From NCBI GenBank assembly GCA_963575745.1, contig CAUYUJ010000026.1:558001-622000 (forward strand): 64,000 bases of DNA. The letters run 5' to 3'. A program made the position numbers and the translations under genes. The notes below the pieces were generated by a model, which was not told the origin of the DNA, did no database searches, and worked only from the letters and a program-made list of their open reading frames with translations. Source of the DNA: Prorocentrum cordatum (taxonomy: Eukaryota). Each line of letters begins with the position of its first letter. Within the stretch, counting starts at the first letter, position 1. This document shows, piece by piece, positions 54,939-64,000 of this stretch.

Positions 54939-55172
54939 GAGGTGCGCTGGCAGGTGCTCGACGCGGTCTCGGTCACCGGCGGCCACCTCGGTGCCGGCCT
55001 CGGCGTGGTGGACCTGACGGTCGCGCTGCACCACGTCTTCGACACCCCCCGCGACGAGATCTGCTGGGACGTGGCTCACCAGTGCCAGCCGCACAAGGTG
55101 CTCACCGCGCGCCGCAGCAGGATATACACCCTCCGACAGGGCGGCGGGCTGTCCGGGTTCGCGAAGCGCAAG
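54939..55172 (+). CDS. dxs: DXS exon
   Basis: [67 protein letters not shown] donor. Confidence 0.95.
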
Positions 55173-55560
55173 GATCGGAGGAGGAAACATCGCAGAAGCA
55201 TCCATTCTCGGAGCTCCTCGCGGATTTGTTGGATCGGCCCCGGGCCACCCCTTTGATTGCCCTGGCGGCGCTTCCGGCGCCGCCCCTGGCGCGCTCGGCG
55301 CAGCAGGCGGAGCTTCAGAAGTTCATGTTTATGCAGTTGTTTCTTCTTCGAAGGGTCAGGGGCAACGTTAGTGGGGGGATAGGCTCTGGGGGAGAGACGT
55401 ATCGATCCCTAATCGCCCGCTCATCGCCCATAGGGGCCCGATAACCTCACCCCGCCCAGGACCCTGCGGATTCGCTATCGGAGGCCTATCGCCGATCGAG
55501 ATCGGCGACGCATCTCCGATTATACATGGATGTTCCCCCGAGTTCGTTCCCCCTCTGAAG

Positions 55561-55776
55561 GAGTCTGAGTACGACGCGTTCGGCGCCGGCCACTCCTCGA
55601 CTTCGATCAGTGCCGCCGTGGGCTTCCAGACCGCGAGGGACGTCCAGGGCAAGCAGGGGCACAGTGTCGCTGTCATCGGCGACGGCGCTATCACCGGCGG
55701 CATGGCGTGGGAGGCCATGAACCACGCCGGCGGCATGGGCTCCAAAGTCGTCGTCGTTCTCAACGATAACGGCCAG
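55561..55776 (+). CDS. dxs: DXS exon (TPP-binding GDG...NDN motif)
   Basis: [46 protein letters not shown]. Confidence 0.97.
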
Positions 55777-55974
55777 GTTCGGAAGATAAAACGCTGCACA
55801 CATTCTCGTTCGTCGCGATGCGCGGACTTCTTGGATCTGAGCTAACCCCCCCGGCAGCGCCTCCGGCGCCGCCCCTGGCGCGCTCCGTGCGCCAGGGAGG
55901 GGGCCCAGGCGCAGATCCACGACATCCTCGCGGACTTCCGAAAGTGTATGTATATGCCGTTGTTTGCTCTGCAG

Positions 55975-56538
55975 GTGTCATTGCCCACGTTCTACAACAA
56001 GGTCAAGGACCCTGTGGGCGCGCTGTCGCAGACGCTGGGCAACACCCGCGAGCAGGCGAGCCAGAGGGGCCTCAACATCCAGAACGATCTCGCGAAGATC
56101 GAGACCTCGGAGACCTTCCAGAATGCCAGGAACCTCGCCAAGGCGGCGTCGAGGTCGCTCCTGCCAGAGCAGCTGCAGACCGCGGCCGCCAAGGTTGACG
56201 AGTACGCCCGTGACTTCGTCAAGACGGTGCCCTTCAAGGGCAGCGGCGCTGGCAGCAAGGGCGAGCTGTTTGAGCAGCTTGGCTTTTACTACGTCGGCCC
56301 AATTGATGGTCACAACATGGAGACCCTGACCCAGGTGCTGGGGAACATCAAGGAGCAGCACCGGGACGGCACCATCAACAAGCCCGTCCTCTTGCACATC
56401 AAGACGCAGAAGGGCAAGGGCTACGAGCCTGCGCAGCGCGCGACCGACAAGCTCCACGCGGTTAAGCCAAAGTTCAATCTTCCAAAGGTCGCTGCCCCGT
56501 CGGACAAGATTAAGGTGGCCAAGGACCCCCTGACCAAG
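55975..56538 (+). CDS. dxs: DXS exon
   Basis: [51 protein letters not shown]. Confidence 0.97.
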
Positions 56539-56936
56539 GTGTCCAGCTGCACGTAACACAAAGCGAACTACAACATTGCATGCATATGCTTTCTCAAAGG
56601 TCTACGCGGATTTCTTGGATCAGCGCTGGGTCCCCCTTGTCAGCGCCTCCGGCGCCGCCCCTGGCGCGCTCCGCGCGCCAGGGAGGGGGGGTCCAGCGCC
56701 GATGCAAGAAGCCCGAGCGGACCTCCGGGAACCGATGTTTTATGAGATTGCTTGTTCCTCTGGGAGCAATGGCCCGTTGCCGGGGTGAACTTTGGTGCGC
56801 GGCTCTTGGGAAGCGCGGGGGGCATAGCCCAAGCTACGCGCGCCGCGTCTGTCGCCTCGAGGGCAGCGAGCGGCAGCCGCCGCGCACCAGAGGCCAGACT
56901 CTTTGCCCAGGGCCGCTCCTTTGCCGTGCAGCCGAG

Positions 56937-57176
56937 GTGTTCGCGGACGCGCTCGTGCGGGAGGCCGAGGCCGACGACAAGATCGTGGCCATCACGGCCG
57001 CGATGCCCGGCGGCACCGGCATTGGTATCTTCGAGGAGCGCTTCGGGCCCGGGCGCACCTTCGACGTGGGCATCGCGGAGCAGCACGCCGCCACCTTCGC
57101 CGCGGGCCTGGCCGCCGGAGGGCTGAAGCCGTTCTGCTCCATCTACTCCACCTTCATGCAGCGCGCCTACGACCAG
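56937..57176 (+). CDS. dxs: DXS exon
   Basis: [41 protein letters not shown]. Confidence 0.97.
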
Positions 57177-57481
57177 GTGTGCGGGCACAGAGCAGAACCA
57201 CCACCCATAGTTCTGTTGCACGCTTGTTGGCAGGCGCACCCTCGGGGGATAAATCCCCCCCTGACCTCGACATGGACACTTTGGTATACTGGTTCTGGTC
57301 GATCTGGCCGTCCTGGAACCCCCGGATCGGACGCAGGAAGACGGGGTCGATTGCGCGGACATGCGCGCGCAACCTTCCCGCGTAAGGTCGCGCGCAAGCG
57401 CCACGCTCTCCACTGGGTGTGCCCAGCTGGCGGCCTGCGGAGGCCGCGGCAGAAGGTCGCTGTGTCTTCTCGCGCAAGGTC

Positions 57482-57635
57482 AAGTCGGGCCTGTCCCTCT
57501 ACAAGGGGAATATTCAAAAATAGTCAAAAGATAGTCTGGGGACTATTTTCTGAATATTTTGGGGCATCTTTCGAATATTTGTTGAATCTTTTTTATTTTT
57601 CGTCCAAAATCCCCCTGCAGGGGGACAGGCCCGAC
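57482..57635 (+). mobile_element. MITE-like family A copy in DXS intron
   Basis: aagtcgggcctgtccctctaca...ccctgcagggggacaggcccgac. Confidence 0.78.
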
Positions 57636-57669
57636 ATAAGCGTAAGGCCCGTTTCGTTTCGTCCCTCAG

Positions 57670-58191
57670 GTGGCCCACGACATCTGCCTGCAGAAACTGC
57701 CGGTGCGAATGATCCTCGACAGGGCCGGCCTCGTCGGCGCGGACGGCGCGACGCACGCGGGGTCCTTCGACCTGACGTACCTGTCCTGCCTCCCGGACAT
57801 CGCCATCGCAGCCTCGGCGGACGAAGCGGAGCTGGTGAGCATGGTGCACACGTTGGCCCAGATAGACGATATGCCCACCGCGCTGAGGTTCCCTCGCGGA
57901 GAGGCCTACGGGGACGTCGAGATGCCAGCGGCACCGCTCTTCCTGGAGCCAGGCAAGGGCCGCATCGTCCGCGAGGGCCGCGACGGGTCCCTGGCCATCC
58001 TGTCGTGTGGGAGCCGGCTGCGGGAGTGCTTGAAGGCCGCCGAGGAGCTGGAGAAGATCGGCGTGTCGGCCACCGTTGCGGACGCCCGGTGGGCCAAGCC
58101 CGTCGACAAGAAGCTGATCACGCTGCTGGCCGCCGAGCACAAGTGCCTGCTCACCATCGAGGAGAACTCCATCGGGGGCTTCGCCGCCCAG
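57670..58191 (+). CDS. dxs: DXS exon
   Basis: [67 protein letters not shown]. Confidence 0.97.
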
Positions 58192-58367
58192 GTTCGGGGG
58201 TCCCCAAGGGGGTCCCCGGCCCCTGGCGTCCCCAGCTCCTCGCTTCGCACGTGGAGCCCATGGGGCCCTCGGGTCCTCGTGCGGGGTGCCTCTGGAGGCC
58301 ATCGGCACCTGGCCGGGAAAGCTGGGGCCACCGTGGGCCGGGGCCATTCTCCAGCAGCACGCGACAG

Positions 58368-58610
58368 GTCCAGGACGTCCTCCTGAACGGTGGCCACCTC
58401 GACGGCCAGGGCATGCCTCCGGTCGTCTTCCGCAGCATGATGTTCCCAGACCGCTGGATCGATCACGACGTCCCGTACCTGCAGTACGAGGACGCCAAAC
58501 TCAACGCCAGCCACATCGTCGACAAGATCCAAAGCATGCTCTCGCGCGCGGGCGTCAGGACGCAGGCGGCCGAGGCCATGCTGCCCCTCGGGCCGCAGAA
58601 GCGCGGGTAG
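58368..58610 (+). CDS. dxs: DXS terminal exon (1-deoxy-D-xylulose-5-phosphate synthase, MEP pathway)
   Basis: [34 protein letters not shown]..; stop TAG ends at 58610. Confidence 0.93.
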   Translation, partial: VQDVLLNGGHLDGQGMPPVVFRSMMFPDRWIDHDVPYLQYEDAKLNASHIVDKIQSMLSRAGVRTQAAEAMLPLGPQKRG

Positions 58611-61600
58611 CCTGCGGTCGCTCTGGCACCCTCCTCATCCAGCCCCCTGGTCCTCCCTTATTTTGTGGATATTGAGCGTCCCTGGGTCCAAGGGTACCTC
58701 CGATCTGGGGCCTTCTTGGGTCCCAACAAGTCACGCGAGACGGCGCGCTAGAGCCCTGGGGATCCGCGGGAAACCCGGCCTAATTCGCGAATTTGTGGTC
58801 CAGCGGCCTCGCCCCGCCGGAAACCCCGGCGGCCAGCGGCCGCCACAGTCGAGGCCTGCCAAGGTTGTGGCTGCGCCGGGGTGTGGTCTGGGATCGGCGC
58901 CGCCAGAGTCCAGTGGGACGTTCGAGCCCCCCCCCCCCCAAGTGCTGTGCACCGCTGTCACAAGCGCACCCGAGGAGCTTGGTCAAGCCTTCAGTCTGCA
59001 GTTTCGGGAGTCTTGGCTCGTGCCCCCGGAGAGTGTGCCGTGCCTCCTCGTCATCACGGCGCCCCCGCCGCCCACCGTCCCCTTGCTGCCGCCATGGGGA
59101 ACGGGGATGGACAGACCTCCCACGTCGATTGGTGAATTGTCCGTTTTCGGTTCTCGAGAGGGCGCCGCGGCCATCGTTTTCCAGGCGTGCGCCCGCCAGG
59201 TTTGGGCCCGAGGTCGCTTTCACTAAACCGCGTTTTACCAAAGGGGGTTGTGTCCATCCCCGAGTATGGATTCCCAGGAAACGCACGGTCGTGTGCACCT
59301 TGTTGTATACACTTCTTCCAAAGGGGCCGTGCCCGTCTGGACTCGCAATGTAGCGTGCACTGGCGTGAAAGCACGAGCCCCTGAATCAATGGTGAGGAAG
59401 TCTCACGCGAAGCGGCTGCCGCGCCGGGCGTCCTCAGGGCATCCCGTCCCCCTTGTGGGACTCTCCTGTGTTTTTTCTGCCGGCCGCCGTCCGTACCCTC
59501 AGAGCCCCGTTCCTCCACTGGAGGAACGGGGCCCTGAGGGGAACAGGCCCTGGAAATCTGGGGCTGTTCCCGGGCCGCCGGCCTTCCCCGGGCCCCGTGT
59601 CCTTCCGGGGACGCTCCAGGACGAGACGCTGGCCCCCGCGGGTCCAGGACCCTCGGCAGGGCTCTTCTCGATCCCTCCGATCAGATTCGACTTCGACGGA
59701 TTCCGATGCCGATTCGATTCGGTTTCGGATTCCGCTGTGGGTTCGATTTCGCAATGGAGGCCGTGCTTGCCAGCCGATGGCAGCCGATTCAATCTCTCCC
59801 GACTTGGCTGCCGATTTCCGCCGATCCGGAGCATCTCGATCGCCGATCCGACATATCGATTCACTTCTGGGCTCTCTTCATCCCCCGCAGGAGACAGCTG
59901 TTTTACCTTCTGGCGATCTATGGCGTGACCATGGGGGTCCGGAGGGGACAGGGGGCCAGTCCCGTCACGATTCGTGCCGGCGCCGCTTCTGGGAGTGCTT
60001 GGGAGCGGCCCACTTCACACGGCGCCGGCGCGAGTCGTGACGTGACTGGGGGGGGGGGAACGAGGCCAGTCACGCGCGTTATCGCGAGCGGCTAGCGATA
60101 TCGAAAAGGGTGCCTTTTTGGCCAGAATAATAATTCAGCGGCGCCGGCATTCGCGCGCAAGCTGCCCGCGCCAGGTCGTGCGTCAGCGCCACCTTTTCGA
60201 TGTAGTGTGCTATGTCAACGGCTGGCGTGAGCCATTGCGTGCGGCCACCATGTCCTCAGCGTGAGACCCCCTTCTCTCAGTCGCTCACTTGACTTTGTGC
60301 AAATCGCAAATGGAGCGATTGCAGGATCAGGGGGAATCGCCCCGCCTGCCCCGCTTCGAGCCAGCCATGGGGTTGGCATTGCGAATTTCTGGCGACGTGC
60401 GAGACCGGGCGCTGTCGCTGCTGCTTGTTTCTTCTCCTCCACCGACCCCCGTCGTTGTGAAAGACCTCGACGTCGCGAAATCATTATAGTTCGAGCTATC
60501 AACCTCGTCCAAGCTTTCGAGCCAGATCCATCAGTGAGCGGAGCGGTCCCTGGCCCGACATGGGTCCCAAAACAAGGCCCAAAACGCCCGTTCTAGTTTC
60601 TGTCGCGGCCAAGAACCCACCCTCCTCCTCCAACGGCCAAAGGCGTTTCCTTATCTTCCTCCTCCCGCTGGCGCCTAAGTATTATCCCCGAGAACCTTCC
60701 TTGCATAAGCGCTTCAAAACGGCATGAAAACCTTTGCCCCTCCCGAAAAGAGTCGGCAAGTCATCAGACATCGCATTAACTATTCGACCTTTGACGAAAT
60801 ACATCGTTCGAACTCTCCTCAAAACCTCCACGAACATTCGAAGCACACCGAGAAGTTTCCGTCCACTGCCTCCTCCACTCATCTGTTCTTCATTCCGGAG
60901 ACACATGGAGGGCCCCTCACGCCACATGAGTCTTGACCTTCGACCGTCGATTCTCTCTTCCTTCTCCTGGAGCCTCATGATTTAGAAGTGGCTGCATTGG
61001 CAGTGTGGATCCTCCTCAATTAGCTTCTCCATGTGTTGTTCGTCCTTGATCACCATCCTCATCGATCCCTCTGATATCATCGGCCCTACTCCTGGATCCA
61101 CCTCCTCCTCTTCCTCGATCATCTTCCTGCATCCTTCTCAGGAGCGTCCATCGTGATCCGCCTGATCGTGGTGGAAATATGTGTGCCTCACGGGTAGGAC
61201 GGTATCTAGTCCCCCCCCCTGGACGCGGCACATGTTAAACAAATCATCCCCATAGAGGTCCCTCCTCCCAAGTTCGCCCCTGACATCGGCGTCGCGAAAA
61301 ATGTGCCACCGTGTTGAAAATCGCAGGCGGATCCCTCGACGCATCCTTTCCGCGACACCTCTCAAGCTGGATCGACCTGTGATGGTTCCAGGCTCGAAAA
61401 CAGGGCAGAAGCGCCCGGTGCGAACGAAAATGCGATGCCCAGATCTCAGGCTCCTCCTCCTCCTCCTCGAGTCTCCCCTCCCGCTCTTGCTCCTGCTGAC
61501 CCTGGAAGCCTGCCGCCCGCATTGTTCAGCCCTGCCCGACGGAGCGCTTCCGCCGCGGGCGCCCTCGGATCCCCCGGGCAGCCCTGTGGCCCCCGGGGGC

Positions 61601-63488
61601 ATCCTCTCGGGTCGGACGCATGGGGGGGGGGCTTGGGAAGGGGGCGGCTGCAGTCCAGGACGCTGAAAGGAAGACAGGTGTCAGTTCTGAGCGGGCTCTT
61701 TGCTCCCTGGATCATCCCATGGTTTTTCCTTTGGCCCGACCGCCCCGCGTGCTCCCCGCGGCGCCGCCGCGTGAGAGTGCCCCCCGCGGCCCCCCCCCTT
61801 CCTCCGCGGCCGCCCTCTCCTCCCCATCTTCCTTGTTGCATGCTGGCCAATTACACACTCTTCGAAAGTTCTTTGATTTTTTGGGGGGGCCAAGAAAATA
61901 GTCAAAAGATAGTATCGGGACGATTTTTTGATTTTTGTGTCAGCATTCGGGGGTCTTTGGGGATTTCATTTTTCGTCCAAAATCGGCCTGTAGGGGGACA
62001 GGCCCGGCCTAATGGTAGACTGACTGCGCGAGATCTGCTGCACGCGGCCGGCTTCCGCACCGCCGCGCGGGGCAGCTCCCTTACCAGCGGCGCCTCTGGC
62101 GCGGGGAGGCGCCTAGAGAACCAGCGGTCCGGATGCGGGGACGTGTTTTGTTGATCTCGGAGCGCCGGCGGGTAGATAAAAAGTGTCCAAACCCATCGCG
62201 CCAAGGTGATACGACATCGAACTGCGTCGGACAAATTTCCACAGCCCCCGCCCCCCCAACCCAAAGTTGACGGGGTTGGATGCGAGGCAACGCGCGGGGG
62301 ACAAGAGATGGACACTTCAATTTTGGGAGGGGGGCGAGCAACATGTATATTGCAATTGTCGTTGCCATCATGCCTGATTGTCTTCACGCCGTCGACGTGG
62401 ATACTTCTTGTCCGGGCACTGGCGACACGCCCGCAAAATTGCCGCCGTGGGTCGAGGCCTCCTCCGCTCTTCGCTTCCTGCAGCTGGGCCCGGCAAAGCC
62501 CTGGTTCGCGTTTGCAGCGTCCTGGTGTACGGGGCCCTGAGAGAGCCAGCTGCACGAGCTACTGAGTCGCCCCCCCCCCCGACCCCTTGCGGAGGAGGAG
62601 GAGGAAGAGGAAGAAGAGGAGGAGGAGGAGGAGGGGGGGAGGAGGAGGAGGGGGATCGAGGAGGAGGAGGAGGAGGAGAAGGAGGAGGAGGAGGAGGAGG
62701 AAGAGGAGAAGAGGAGGAGGAGGAGGAGCGAAACCGGTATTTTTGGGGCGCAGCAGCGCTTGATTGACCAAAGCCGTTCGACAGCTCGACTTGGGCGGCA
62801 CGTTGTTGTTGTGGTATTGACACTGCGTATCGGCTACGCGCCCAGGCCCCCGACGTCAGGATCGCTTCACAACGCGGACCCCCAGATGCCTCGACGCATT
62901 CACCGGGATCTTGTTGCCACCCAAGTCCTGACTCGTTCTTGGACGGTCCCGGGGCCCAGCGATGGCCCCCAGAGGCAGAAGTAGCAACACAAGACGTCCG
63001 TCTTGGTTTTTCGTTTTTCCGACGCGAGGAGGTCAGGGCCACACACGATGTTGATTTGCCCCCCCCCCACCTTTGCTAGACAGCCCCCACCCTCGTCCGG
63101 CCCCCGATCCTCCAGCGTCTTCGCCCCGCGCGCGCGGTGCCTCTCCGGCGGCACGCGCCGGGCCCCCGACCGGCGTCGATGCACGCCGAGTCGGGCCGAT
63201 GTGTCTCTGCCAGCGCACCGTCCGCCTACAGGCCCCGGGCGGGGACTCGGCTGCTCGTCAGAGGAGGAAAAGGATCGATATATAGACGTAAGAGTGACCT
63301 TTCGCCAGAGTGACCCTTGAAGCGGGCACAGATGGGCCCTCAGATGGCTGAAGACGAAGCGGTAGCAGCGGCTTGCGCGCCCAGGTTTGGTCTCTCCCCG
63401 CGGCGCCCAAAAAGCCGCGCACCAAAGGTCACTCTTACCCAGGGTCATTCTTGCGTGTAGCCGAAAGGACAGCGATACCGCTGCCCTT

Positions 63489-63640
63489 AAGTCGGGCATG
63501 TGCCTCTGCAGGAGGAATGTTCCAGAACAGTAAGAACTAGCGTGTTTCGAGTGCTCGTGCCCTCCCGACTATGTTTGCTACTTGTTGTTGATTTTTTGAT
63601 TGTGTCTTCCAAAGTCCGCCTGTAGGAGGACGGGCCCGAT
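63489..63640 (+). mobile_element. MITE-like family A copy
   Basis: aagtcgggcatgtgcctctgcaggagga...tccgcctgtaggaggacgggcccgat; a partial copy lies at 61891-62007. Confidence 0.65.
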
Positions 63641-64000
63641 CCAACGCTACCCGGTCCTCGTCGCCACGGCTGGATTCGCCTCGAGATGCTGGCCAGAAGC
63701 TGGCTGCAACAGGTGGCGTGGCGCCCATTGCCGCCTGCTCCTCCTTCCGCCTCCGCCTCCGCCTCGCCCCTCTTCCCTTATTCCTTCCTCCTCCCTTATC
63801 CTGACTCCTGACTCCCTCTTCTCCTGCTCCTGTTCCTCCCTCTTCCTTCCACCTCAGCCTTAGCCTCCTCCCCCCCACCTCCTCCTCTCTCCAGTCTGCT
63901 ATTCTTCCTCCTCCTCGTCCCTCCGTTGCCGCCTCGGAGGGGGCGCGAATCACCTCTGCCTCCACTCTCCTCCTTCTCCAGCTCGTCCTCCTCTTCCTCC

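Noticed and set aside
56580..58610. 676-aa ORF as a single DXS CDS, or DXS as bacterial contamination
   Set aside because: The ORF runs through introns and out-of-frame exon sequence. The gene is clearly spliced and carries a probable plastid leader.
60682..60985. Overlapping short ORFs in a less GC-rich patch
   Set aside because: No recognisable motif, splice context or partner exons.

Overview
GC-rich eukaryotic genomic DNA with dinoflagellate hallmarks: GA/GC intron donors with AG|G boundaries, a tripartite plastid-targeting leader, a probable relict spliced leader, and long (GGA)n/(CCT)n tracts. The taxonomic call is an inference. Most short ORFs in the track are microsatellite artefacts. 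Supported content: (1) exons of a REJ/PKD-domain gene (~3.2-4.3 kb); (2) scattered exons of a polypeptide GalNAc-transferase-like gene that looks truncated (9.4-27.3 kb); (3) a decayed tyrosine-recombinase retrotransposon with split direct repeats (A1..B1-A2-B2) carrying RT, RNase H, YR and a C5-cytosine methyltransferase (11162-16564); (4) a full-length, intact 13.5-kb LINE on the minus strand (29023-42569, 13-bp TSD) whose ORF2 reads RNaseH-APE-RT-ZnF-C5 methyltransferase; (5) a 5'-truncated RNase H-bearing LINE with a 17-bp TSD (45699-46877); (6) a multi-exon plastid-targeted DXS gene (~45121-58610); (7) several MITE-like and palindromic interspersed repeat families. The most unusual observation is in the ~2.2-kb 3' region of the methyltransferase-LINE. 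It holds a CRISPR-like array of five 29-30 bp hairpin repeats with variable spacers, the same hairpin recurs twice with compensatory stem changes at the element's 5' end, and two more duplicated covarying structure modules sit nearby. This suggests a structured RNA component travelling with a DNA-methylating retrotransposon. All calls were made by eye; no searches or folding were run.
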